From Clostridiales bacterium (GTDB taxonomy: Bacteria; Bacillota; Clostridia; Christensenellales; Aristaeellaceae), in the NCBI GenBank assembly GCA_015056175.1, contig SVGT01000013.1, forward strand, positions 6,984 through 38,983: DNA of 32,000 bases, read 5' to 3'. Each line of letters starts with the position of its first letter. The stretch's first letter is position 1. The position numbers were made by a program, and so were the translations under genes. This document shows, piece after piece, positions 24,575 to 31,935 of this stretch. The notes under the pieces were generated by a model. It saw only the letters and a list, made by a program, of their open reading frames with translations, did no database searches and had not been told where the DNA came from.

Positions 24575-24871
24575 ATGAAGAATGTGTATATGGTCAGTCT
24601 GTGCCGTCAGGGCGTGCTGGGCGGATGGATCATCGCGGATGAAGCGGGCCTGACCTACCGGACGGGCAAAACGACGGTGGACAGGCGTTTTCGCAACCTT
24701 AACATGCCCTACCGGGACATGGCGGGCTATGAAAAGGGCCGATGGATCCTGTCGCTGCACATGAAAAACGGGGAGACCTTTCCCTTTCTGGTGTTTGCAG
24801 GGAAAAGATTGATCGAACACCTGCACCGCTGCGGCGTGCCGAGGCTTGACAAGCATGCATCGGAAGCATAA
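24575..24871 (+). CDS. hypothetical small protein (98 aa)
   Basis: RBS AGGGGGAAAA precedes the ATG. It is tightly spaced after the kinase gene. I recognise no motif. Confidence 0.5.
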   Translation: MKNVYMVSLCRQGVLGGWIIADEAGLTYRTGKTTVDRRFRNLNMPYRDMAGYEKGRWILSLHMKNGETFPFLVFAGKRLIEHLHRCGVPRLDKHASEA

Positions 24872-24912
24872 GATGAGAAGGAAACATCAGGATAACGTCG
24901 GAGGAAAGAGAT

Positions 24913-25584
24913 ATGACCAAGGAACAACTGGTACGCTTGTTTGACCACACCTGTCTGCATCCCTACGCCACCCATGCGGATATGGAAAAGCTGTGCGCGG
25001 AGGCCAGGGAGCATCATTTTGCCATGGTGGCCATCAATTCCGTGCAGACCAGGTTCTGCAAGGAGCTGCTCCGCGGCACCGACGTGCACGTGGGCGCTGC
25101 CATCGGCTTCCCTTTGGGGCAGACCACGGTGGAAACCAAGGTGTTTGAAACGGAAGACGCCATCCGTAACGGCGCGGACGAGATCGATTATGTGATCAAC
25201 ATCACCGAACTGAAGATGGGCAATCTCGATTACATCCGGGATGAAATGCAGCGCATCGTGGACGTATGCCGCAAAAACAATGTGATCAGCAAGGTGATCT
25301 TTGAAAACTGCTATCTGACGCAGGCCGAAAAGGAAGCGCTGTGCCGCATCGCGCTGGAGGTGAAGCCGGACTTCATTAAAACCTCCACCGGCTTTGGAAG
25401 TGGCGGCGCCACGCTGGAGGACGTGAAGCTGATGAAGCGCATCGTGGGCGATCAGGTGAAGGTGAAGGCTGCCGGCGGCATCCGCGACCTGGCCGCCTGC
25501 CTTGCCATGGTGGAGGCCGGCGCAGAGCGTATCGGCACCTCGGCGGCGGTCAGGATCACCCAGGAGTTTGAAGCGCGCGCATAA
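24913..25584 (+). CDS. deoC: deoxyribose-phosphate aldolase
   Basis: FDHTCLHP...VAINS...GFPLGQ...[10 protein letters not shown]...FIKTSTGF (Schiff-base Lys)...VKAAGGIR...RIGTSA. RBS GGAGGAAAG. Confidence 0.9.
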   Translation: MTKEQLVRLFDHTCLHPYATHADMEKLCAEAREHHFAMVAINSVQTRFCKELLRGTDVHVGAAIGFPLGQTTVETKVFETEDAIRNGADEIDYVINITELKMGNLDYIRDEMQRIVDVCRKNNVISKVIFENCYLTQAEKEALCRIALEVKPDFIKTSTGFGSGGATLEDVKLMKRIVGDQVKVKAAGGIRDLAACLAMVEAGAERIGTSAAVRITQEFEARA

Positions 25585-25593
25585 CGCAAAAAA

Positions 25594-25669
25594 GCACCGA
25601 TCCCTTCCCCTTCACATACATTGGTAGGGGCGAAAGATTCGCCCAAGTGAAGGAAGGACGGTGCTTTTT
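25594..25669 (+). terminator. long compound hairpin plus U-tract: deoC terminator that also buries the SD of the next gene
   Basis: The outer interrupted stem pairs GCACCG.TCC.TTCC..TTCAC (25594-25615) with GTGAAGGAAGGACGGTGC (25647-25664). The inner hairpin is GGGCGAA-aga-TTCGCCC (25628-25644). TTTTT lies at 25665-25669 and the next ATG is at 25672. Confidence 0.65.
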
Positions 25670-25671
25670 GT

Positions 25672-26298
25672 ATGGCTCGAAAATGCCATAACGGCTGCGG
25701 ATATGCATGCGGCGGCTTTGTGCCGTGGAACGGCTGCGGGAATACCTGTGGGAATACGTGTGGGAATACCTGCGGGAATACTTGCGCAAATACCTGTGTC
25801 AACGGCTGCACGGAGGCTTTCCGGTTTGATCAGAATTGTCCCTTTCAGGGCAGCTGTCCCTATCCCATGACCTTTGAGGAAATGCTGCAGCTGCTCCGCA
25901 CGCTGCGCTACGGACGGCTTGCGGTGTGCGCAAACGGCCAGAGCTACGTGACGCCGGTGTGCTTTTCCATGCGCCGGTGCGAGGATACGCCCATCTTTAC
26001 TTTGCGGCTGCGCACGGACGGCTGCATCGCCGGACATCTGGAAAACGGCACCCAGGTCACCTTGCAGTTTGACCGGATGGTGAACGGCGGCGTGTGCACC
26101 GTGCAGGCTATGGGTCAGGCTTATGTGACGGGCAGCACGGGGTGCGTGGCCATTGTGGAGGTACGCACGGACAGCATGATGGGCGAGTGCTACCGCAATC
26201 AGGGCTGCGGAAACAACTGCGGCAACAATTGCGGGAACAACTGCGGGAACAATTGCGGCAATAACTGCGGAAATCCCTGCGAAAACCCCTGCAAGTAA
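25672..26298 (+). CDS. pyridoxamine-5'-phosphate-oxidase-like (split-barrel flavoprotein) domain protein flanked by CGNx Cys-rich repeats
   Basis: The N-terminus reads GCGNTCGNTCGNTCGNTCANTCVNGC and the C-terminus GCGNNCGNNCGNNCGNNCGNNCGNPCENPCK. The core (MTFEEMLQLLRTLRYGRLAVCANGQSYVTPVCF...VTLQFD...) resembles the Pyridox_ox_2/PNPOx-like fold. Confidence 0.7.
   Translation: MARKCHNGCGYACGGFVPWNGCGNTCGNTCGNTCGNTCANTCVNGCTEAFRFDQNCPFQGSCPYPMTFEEMLQLLRTLRYGRLAVCANGQSYVTPVCFSMRRCEDTPIFTLRLRTDGCIAGHLENGTQVTLQFDRMVNGGVCTVQAMGQAYVTGSTGCVAIVEVRTDSMMGECYRNQGCGNNCGNNCGNNCGNNCGNNCGNPCENPCK
25746..25820 (+). repeat. 12-nt periodic coding repeat (CGNT x ~6)
   Basis: The units are tgcgggaatacc / tgtgggaatacg / tgtgggaatacc / tgcgggaatact / tgcgcaaatacc / tgtgtcaacggc. 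The differences among the first four (CGNT) units are all synonymous; the last two degenerate to CANT and CVNG. Confidence 0.85.
26206..26292 (+). repeat. 12-nt periodic coding repeat (CGNN x 5, then CGNP and CENP)
   Basis: The units are tgcggaaacaac / tgcggcaacaat / tgcgggaacaac / tgcgggaacaat / tgcggcaataac / tgcggaaatccc / tgcgaaaacccc. Confidence 0.85.
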
Positions 26299-26304
26299 GG
26301 GAGA

Positions 26305-26327
26305 GGGCGGCGCGGCCGCCCTTTTTT
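26305..26327 (+). terminator. rho-independent terminator
   Basis: GGGCGGC-gcg-GCCGCCC followed by T6. Confidence 0.8.
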
Positions 26328-26336
26328 GATGCAAAC

Positions 26337-26358
26337 AAAAAGACGGCGCAGGGCCGTC
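26337..26358 (-). terminator. rho-independent terminator of the ZIP transporter gene
   Basis: On the minus strand: GACGGC-cctgc-GCCGTC followed by TTTTT. Confidence 0.7.
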
Positions 26359-26364
26359 GGAGCA

Positions 26365-27114
26365 TTAGGAAAGGGCTACGTCCAGCGTCATCATGAGGAG
26401 AAAGCCCAGCATCACGCACAGCGCGGGGAGGGGCGATGCATCCTGCCGCGCTGCGTCCGGGATGCATTCCCGCACGGTGACAAACAGCATGCTGCCTGCG
26501 GCCAGCGCCATGAGGAAGGGAAGGTACCGGGTGGCGTACAGAGCAAAAAAGGCGGTCAGCACGCCAAACAGGGGCTCCACCGCGCCGCTTGCAGCGCCCA
26601 GCAGGAAGGCCCTGGGGCGCTTGACGCCGGATTGCAGCAGGGGCAGCGCCGCCGCCGCGCCCTCGGGGAAATTTTGCAGCGCCACGCCAATCGACAGCGC
26701 AATGGCCGCCGGCAGCGTCTGGGGGTTTTCCGCCGCCAGCGCAAAGGCCAGGCCCACCGCCATGCCCTCGGGGATGTTGTGCAGCGTGATGGAGAGATAG
26801 GTCAGCGCCGCACTTCCATCAATGGGGCTGCGCCGGGTGCGGACGGGGCGCTCCAGCAGAAGCATCAGCAGCGTGCCGGCGACGAGTCCCGCAGCGGAGG
26901 GGATCAGGGGCGACAGGCCCTGCGCCCGCGCCCGATCCATGGCGGGAAGCAGCAAACTGAACAGGGAGGATGCCAGCATGACTCCGGCTGCGAAGCTTAA
27001 GAACAATCGGGCGGCGGAGGATTGCTTCCGGACAAAGAATACCGTGCCCGCGCCCAGCGCGGTTAGCAAAAAGGGAAGGAGCGTGCCTGCGCCCGCCCAC
27101 AAAAAGGCTGTCAT
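26365..27114 (-). CDS. zupT: ZIP family metal (Zn/Fe) transporter, ZupT-like
   Basis: 249 aa and multi-TM. HNIPEGMAVG and LQNFPEGAAAA are the conserved ZIP motifs. RBS GAAAGGA. Confidence 0.85.
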   Translation of the reverse strand: MTAFLWAGAGTLLPFLLTALGAGTVFFVRKQSSAARLFLSFAAGVMLASSLFSLLLPAMDRARAQGLSPLIPSAAGLVAGTLLMLLLERPVRTRRSPIDGSAALTYLSITLHNIPEGMAVGLAFALAAENPQTLPAAIALSIGVALQNFPEGAAAALPLLQSGVKRPRAFLLGAASGAVEPLFGVLTAFFALYATRYLPFLMALAAGSMLFVTVRECIPDAARQDASPLPALCVMLGFLLMMTLDVALS

Positions 27115-27267
27115 TGCGATCTTGTCCTTTCCGACAAAGGGTTGTCGGGATCAGTTTATGCGCAGGCGCAGCGGGGGGTGTCAGTTTGCTTTGCCAGGCG
27201 GAGCCGGGAGATGGTTTGCGGATGTATTGAAGTCGACAGGCATCGATTCTGCTTCCGACAATACACG

Positions 27268-27292
27268 AAAAAGGCTCCTTTGGCAAAGGAGC
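27268..27292 (-). terminator. rho-independent terminator (minus strand) upstream of the zupT leader
   Basis: On the minus strand: GCTCCTTT-gcc-AAAGGAGC then C-TTTTT. Confidence 0.65.
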
Positions 27293-27614
27293 TGTCACGA
27301 AGTGACTGAGGATTGTTCTAAGCTGCATATGATGTTTGCTGCACAGGACAATCCCCACCGCTGCGCGGAGCCCCTTTGCCTAAGGGGCCTTTTGGATGGG
27401 CGTGTTTGGTGGGAGAGCGATAGGAGCAGGCTTATCAAGTTACTGGAAGGTGTAATGGAGTCGATGAGTCGCTTCCTTTGCCTAAGGGGGATGGAAGGGT
27501 GTGTTTGGTGGGTTGGCGAGGGGAGTTGAATGTTCAGTTGCGTTAGAAGCACATTGCTTCGATGGGCTGGTATTCCTTTAGCATACGCAATCTGCCCTTT
27601 GACTGCAACCGGGC

Positions 27615-27998
27615 TTAATCGTCATACGTTGTATCAACGCCGGACAGACGAAGCCGAACTTCCTCATCAATCATGGCGCACACACTTTCAAAGTGCAGAC
27701 GGACATCCTGATTGTCAAAGCGAAGCACGCGCAGTCCCAGACTGTTCAGATATTTGGTGCGTTCAAAATCATGCTGATTGACGTGCTCAGAATAATGCTG
27801 AGACCCGTCCAGTTCGACGATCAACCGGGCACGGGCGCAGTAGAAATCAGCAATATAGGAACCGATGATGCGCTGCCGATTAAAACGCACAGGATATGTA
27901 CGCAGATAATCGTACCAAAGGTGATTTTCCTCTTTGGTGGCATGCTTACGCATATGAGCAGCAAAGCCGCTTAAGCTTTTTTCACGGGGAAGCGGCAT
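27615..27998 (-). CDS. DUF559 (Vsr-like endonuclease fold) domain protein
   Basis: LRKHATKEENHLWYDYLRTYPVRFNRQRIIGSYIADFYCARARLIVELDGSQH...LRFDN is the classic DUF559 pattern. GC is visibly lower than in the neighbours. Confidence 0.8.
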   Translation of the reverse strand: MPLPREKSLSGFAAHMRKHATKEENHLWYDYLRTYPVRFNRQRIIGSYIADFYCARARLIVELDGSQHYSEHVNQHDFERTKYLNSLGLRVLRFDNQDVRLHFESVCAMIDEEVRLRLSGVDTTYDD

Positions 27999-28000
27999 AC

Positions 28001-28561
28001 TTAAGGCTTACTGAACAGGAAGAAGGGGCGTTCGCGGCAGTCGTCGCGGATGACCGTCCAGTGGGCATAGGCGGTGGTGCCGTCCATGCGCACCTTTTCC
28101 CTGCGGCCGGGCTTGTCAAAGCGGCCGGGGCGGTACATGGGGTCCAGCACGGAGATGATATCGTCCTCAATGCCGGTGATCAGCACATAATGCCCGCTGT
28201 CGGAGAACACGCCGACGTAATCCTCCCGGTCGCCGTAGGTATTGGCGACCACGAAGCCCTTTTTGTCGCGCAGGAACTGCATGGCTTCCTCGGCGTCCTC
28301 GGTATCGGTGACGTTCAGGTGGAAGTGCTCGGCCAGACCCTTGGCGTAGATATAGAAATTGGTGCCGAAGGTCTCGCGGGCGCCGCAGCTCTTGGCCAGC
28401 TTGGCAGCCTCTTCCGGCGGGAAGGGGATATCCAGCATGCGCTCGATCATCATGGCGGCGGAGCAGGGGCCGCAGCCGTTGTTGGCCAGGTTGCCGTGGG
28501 GGCTGACGGGGGAAACATAGGGGACGTGCTCATAATCCAATTGACAGTAGAAATTTTCCAT
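28001..28561 (-). CDS. papain-like cysteine peptidase, C39-like, no signal peptide
   Basis: Start refined to 28561 (MENFYCQLDY). The candidate triad is NNGCGPCSAAMM (Cys), SGHYVLITG (His) and VLDP (Asp). It starts 5 nt after the M20 gene and ends 2 nt before DUF559. Confidence 0.65.
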   Translation of the reverse strand: MENFYCQLDYEHVPYVSPVSPHGNLANNGCGPCSAAMMIERMLDIPFPPEEAAKLAKSCGARETFGTNFYIYAKGLAEHFHLNVTDTEDAEEAMQFLRDKKGFVVANTYGDREDYVGVFSDSGHYVLITGIEDDIISVLDPMYRPGRFDKPGRREKVRMDGTTAYAHWTVIRDDCRERPFFLFSKP

Positions 28562-28565
28562 ACTC

Positions 28566-29750
28566 TCACTCCCAGTGCGCTTTGGTTTTGTGCATGTGAT
28601 CCAGCACGAACTGTACAAACATTTCGGCGCCGTAGTGCAGACCGCTTTCGTCGATCTGCCACAGCGGGGAATGGGCGGGGTATTTGCAGCCCGTTTCTTC
28701 GTTGCGCAGGCCCAGGCCGAACAGCAGGCCCGGCTTGTGCTTTTCATAATAGGCAAAGTCCTCGCCGCCGGGAGAGGGCTCCAGCACGGCGACCTTGTCC
28801 GTCACCTTGGCGGCGGATTCAAGGAACATATCGTACATCTTGCTGTCGTTATAGGCGGGGGGCAGGGGATCCTGGGCGAAGGTCACTTCGCCCGTGCCGC
28901 CCATGTCGTCACAGACACTTTTCACCAGACGGCGGATGCGCTCCTGCATTTGATCGCGGGTGGATTCCTTGAGGCAGCGCATGGAGCCGCGCATGTGGCA
29001 AAAATCCGGCACCTGGGCGATGGTCTTGCCGCTTTCCATCACGCCCACGCCCAGCACGCAGGTATCAAAGGGGTCTACCTCCCGGCTGATGAGGAACTGC
29101 AGCCCGTCGTAGATCCTGACGCCCATGGCCAGGGCGTCCTTGCCCAGATGGGGCGCTGCCACATGGGCGGCCTCGCCGTGGGTCGTGATCTCAAAGGCGC
29201 AGGAGGTGGCGTTGGTGATGCCGCTGCAGGAATTGATGACGCCGGTCTTTTCCACGCAGTTGACGTGGCACATGATGATGCAGTCGATATCGTCCATCAC
29301 GCCGTGCTTGCACATCACCTGTGCGCCGGAGGGCTTGTTTTCCTCGCAGGGCTGGAACACCAGCCGCACGCGGCAGGCCAGCTTGTCCTCGATTTCCTTC
29401 AGCGCCTTGGCGGCGCCCAGCAGCATGGCGGTGTGGGCGTCGTGACCGCAGGCGTGCATCTGGCCGTCGATCTTCGAGCGGAAGGGCAGGCCGTTTTCCG
29501 CCTCCTGGATGGGCAGCGCGTCCATATCCGCACGGATGCCGATGGTGAAAGCGGCGTCCTGCCTGCCCAGGGTGGCGACCACGGTGTTGCGGCCGTATTT
29601 TTCAAAATCATAGGAAATGCCCAGCTTGTCCATCTCGCGGCGGACAAGGGCGCTGGTTTTGTCCAGATCCCAGCCGAGCTCCGGGTACATGTGCAGCTCC
29701 CGGCGGAGGGCAACAATATAGTCCTGATCGACCTTGAAAGGAATGTGCAT
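28566..29750 (-). CDS. M20/M20D family amidohydrolase (N-acyl-amino-acid/hippurate-hydrolase type)
   Basis: Start refined to 29750 (AGGAGG, 5 nt, ATG). LRRELHMYPELGW...IGIRADMDALPI...HACGHDAHTAMLLGAA...VFQPCEE...HSPLW are the typical M20D blocks. Confidence 0.9.
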   Translation of the reverse strand: MHIPFKVDQDYIVALRRELHMYPELGWDLDKTSALVRREMDKLGISYDFEKYGRNTVVATLGRQDAAFTIGIRADMDALPIQEAENGLPFRSKIDGQMHACGHDAHTAMLLGAAKALKEIEDKLACRVRLVFQPCEENKPSGAQVMCKHGVMDDIDCIIMCHVNCVEKTGVINSCSGITNATSCAFEITTHGEAAHVAAPHLGKDALAMGVRIYDGLQFLISREVDPFDTCVLGVGVMESGKTIAQVPDFCHMRGSMRCLKESTRDQMQERIRRLVKSVCDDMGGTGEVTFAQDPLPPAYNDSKMYDMFLESAAKVTDKVAVLEPSPGGEDFAYYEKHKPGLLFGLGLRNEETGCKYPAHSPLWQIDESGLHYGAEMFVQFVLDHMHKTKAHWE

Positions 29751-29784
29751 AAATGCCTCCTGATATGGTGTTCTTTGTGTGTAT

Positions 29785-29813
29785 ATGATACACCGAAACG
29801 GCAAATTGCGCAA
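29785..29813 (-). promoter_or_regulatory. candidate promoter of the M20 operon, between the gene and repeat copy B
   Basis: On the minus strand: TTGCGC (29813-29808), 17-nt spacer, TATCAT (29790-29785). Confidence 0.45.
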
Positions 29814-29820
29814 GCCTTGC

Positions 29821-30461
29821 GGGGGCGTTGCCCCCTGCACCCCTACCAGGAGGCTGAGCCTCCTGGACCTGCAGTGTTGGACGGACAGGTCTGATCGATT
29901 GAGATGTTTCCCAATGGGACAATACGGGGAAACGGAATGAAAAATGAAGGAATGAAGCGTGCCATGCGGCACATGAAGCACGTTCCTTTAGAACGCGTTG
30001 CGGCTTTACAGCCGCTGTAGGGCGGGGGCTTGCTCCCGCCACTTTGTTTGGGAAAAGCCAATGGGTTGAGTGGGACATGTTTGAGCGATCCGCAGTTTTT
30101 TCCGTTTACGGAAAAAACGGGAACTTCATCACCAAGAGCAGGAGCAAATGAATTTGCTTCCTGCCTTGGTTGATGAAGGAGGCCAGACGCGCAAAGCGCG
30201 CCCTGGCCCGGCGGATCGCCGTATCGATGAGTAGGGTCTCTTTCCGGCAACAGTGTTTCACGGGGAAAATGCATGTGGAACGGTGTACCTGTGTCCCGAA
30301 TGGCGGGTGCAGGGGGACGGAGCCGAAGCGCCGCCGGTGGCGGATACAGCGAGGCGGAGGAGTCAACCGAAACGAGCGATCGACCGGCAGGGAGAGCGCG
30401 ACGATTGAGGTTGCGGAAATCAGTACCCTGCCTGGGGGTAGTGGGGGCAAGGAGCCCCCAC
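29821..30461. repeat. copy B of the ORF-free, hairpin-dense element of about 650 nt
   Basis: It has the same block order and orientation as 17313-17971, with identical 43-mer 29845-29887, 19-mer 30015-30033, 60-nt block 30071-30130 and right-end block 30422-30461. It carries an extra segment of about 90 nt (29917-30014). Confidence 0.75.
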
Positions 30462-30492
30462 AAAAAAACCCCGCCTTCCGAAGAAGACGGGG
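30462..30492 (-). terminator. rho-independent terminator of the ROK gene
   Basis: On the minus strand: CCCCGTCTTC-ttcg-GAAGGCGGGG followed by T7, directly abutting the right end of repeat copy B. Confidence 0.8.
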
Positions 30493-30515
30493 TGAAAATA
30501 CCGCTTGAGGATGAA

Positions 30516-31898
30516 TTAGCCGATGGCGGGCAGGGAGGCAGCAGCCACGCTCTGGCCCACGCGGCGGGACTTTTCGTCCGGGATGTGCAGCTTGCACTTT
30601 GCAGCCAGCTCGGGGAATTCGGCGTCCAGAACTTCCTGAGCCTTCTTCAACAGCAGCGCGCCGCCTTCGCCGGAGGTCACGCGGCCCATGATGAGCACGT
30701 GGTCGATATCATAGAAGCGGCTGTAGTAGGCGATGGCATAGCCGAAGTACACGCCGATGGATTCGTAGATCTTGGCGGCTTCGGGGTTGCCGGCGATCAT
30801 TTCCTTCTGCACGACCTTCAGCTTTTCGGCGGGGGAGAGGCTCTCATCCAGCTGGATACCGGCAGCGGGAGCCAGCTTGATGACGGCGTCCTGAGAGAAG
30901 TACTTCACGCCGCAGCCGTAGTCGCCGGACCATTCGTCCACCATGGCGTTCTTGCAGGCGTCAACGGGGGCGAAGGCCAGTTCGTTCAGCCAGCCGGTGA
31001 TGTTCATGTCCTTGTCCACGAAGCCGGCAGCTTCGGAGGTACCCATGGCCACGCCCAGCACATTGCCGCATTCCAGATCCATAGCGCCGGCCAGAGCGGT
31101 CACGTCGCCGTCGTTGGCCACTTCGATCGGGATGTTTTCGCCGATTTCCTTGGCCACGTCGATGTACATGTTCTTGACCTTCTTGTCAAAGTCTTCCTTG
31201 CCCACCTTCAGGAACAGGGAAGCCACCATGATGCGGTTGTCAATGTACACGCCGGCGGAGGATACGCCGATGGCGTCCACGCGGGGCATATGGGAGGCAG
31301 CGGTCTTCATGGCGTCCAGGATGCCCTGGTAGTGATAGTCGGGATCGGACTGGGTCTTGGGGAACCAGACCACTTCTTCGCTGTACACGCTTTCGCCGTT
31401 GATCACAGCGCTGACCTTGCGGTCGGATCCGCCGGCGTCAAAGCCGATGCGGCAGCCGTCCAGATGACGGCCCACGGAGGAAGCGGCCTCGCGCTTGACG
31501 GAGATGCACTTGGGGCAGGCAGCTTCCAGCACTTCGAAGGGCTTTTCGTACACGGTGGACATGAAATCGGCGTCAAAGTAGCGGGAGCCGCCTTCGGCAT
31601 AAGCAGCCTTCAGGTGCTCGTACACGGCCTTGGAGCCGGCCACGGTGATCTTGTAGCCGCCGCGGGACCACAGCATGGTCTTGATCAGACGGTCCAGCAG
31701 GTCCACGGTGCGCTCGGTTTCCACGCCGTCGGGCAGGATCTGCATGCGGTAGTAGTCGCAGTAGCCCTGGTTACGTTCCACGTTCACGCAGAAGTCCACC
31801 TTTTCGGGGGCGGCGGCCACGTCCTTTTCATACTCGCGCAGCACAACGCTCATGGGCATAAACTGAGGATCGAGCGGGGCCTTCACTTTGAGTTCCAT
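30516..31898 (-). CDS. ROK family sugar kinase-like protein with an N-terminal extension
   Basis: IGFDAGGSDRKV (phosphate-1), AIGVSSAGVY, ANDGDVTALAG and GVAMGTSEAAGF are ROK/ASKHA blocks. RBS GGAGGG. Confidence 0.85.
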   Translation of the reverse strand: MELKVKAPLDPQFMPMSVVLREYEKDVAAAPEKVDFCVNVERNQGYCDYYRMQILPDGVETERTVDLLDRLIKTMLWSRGGYKITVAGSKAVYEHLKAAYAEGGSRYFDADFMSTVYEKPFEVLEAACPKCISVKREAASSVGRHLDGCRIGFDAGGSDRKVSAVINGESVYSEEVVWFPKTQSDPDYHYQGILDAMKTAASHMPRVDAIGVSSAGVYIDNRIMVASLFLKVGKEDFDKKVKNMYIDVAKEIGENIPIEVANDGDVTALAGAMDLECGNVLGVAMGTSEAAGFVDKDMNITGWLNELAFAPVDACKNAMVDEWSGDYGCGVKYFSQDAVIKLAPAAGIQLDESLSPAEKLKVVQKEMIAGNPEAAKIYESIGVYFGYAIAYYSRFYDIDHVLIMGRVTSGEGGALLLKKAQEVLDAEFPELAAKCKLHIPDEKSRRVGQSVAAASLPAIG

Positions 31899-31935
31899 AA
31901 CAAATACCCTCCAAACTTATTGTATAGATGATGGA

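Noticed and set aside
25746-25820. Regular 12-nt tandem repeats (also at 26206-26292) that could be mistaken for a micro-array or satellite.
   Set aside because: They lie in frame inside a CDS, encode CGNx units with synonymous variation, and have no spacers. They are coding repeats, not CRISPR or a non-coding satellite.
27115-27262. The ~150-nt leader of the ZIP transporter gene, considered as a possible metal riboswitch or Zur operator. It has a duplicated TTGTCGGAA(A)G motif, a CCGACAAcccTTTGTCGG hairpin next to the SD, and the palindromes ATCGAT and GTCGAC.
   Set aside because: I cannot match it to the NiCo, Mn (yybP-ykoY) or any other aptamer consensus from memory. There is no Zur-box-like AT-rich palindrome, so the evidence is too thin to call.
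26822-27529. The 235-aa plus-strand ORF whose tail contains a repeated CLRG...VWW peptide (possible small protein MMFAAQDNPHRCAEPLCLRG...).
   Set aside because: Its first 300 nt are antisense to the ZIP transporter gene, there is no RBS at a sensible distance from any ATG, and the peptide repeat just reflects the 98-nt DNA repeat.
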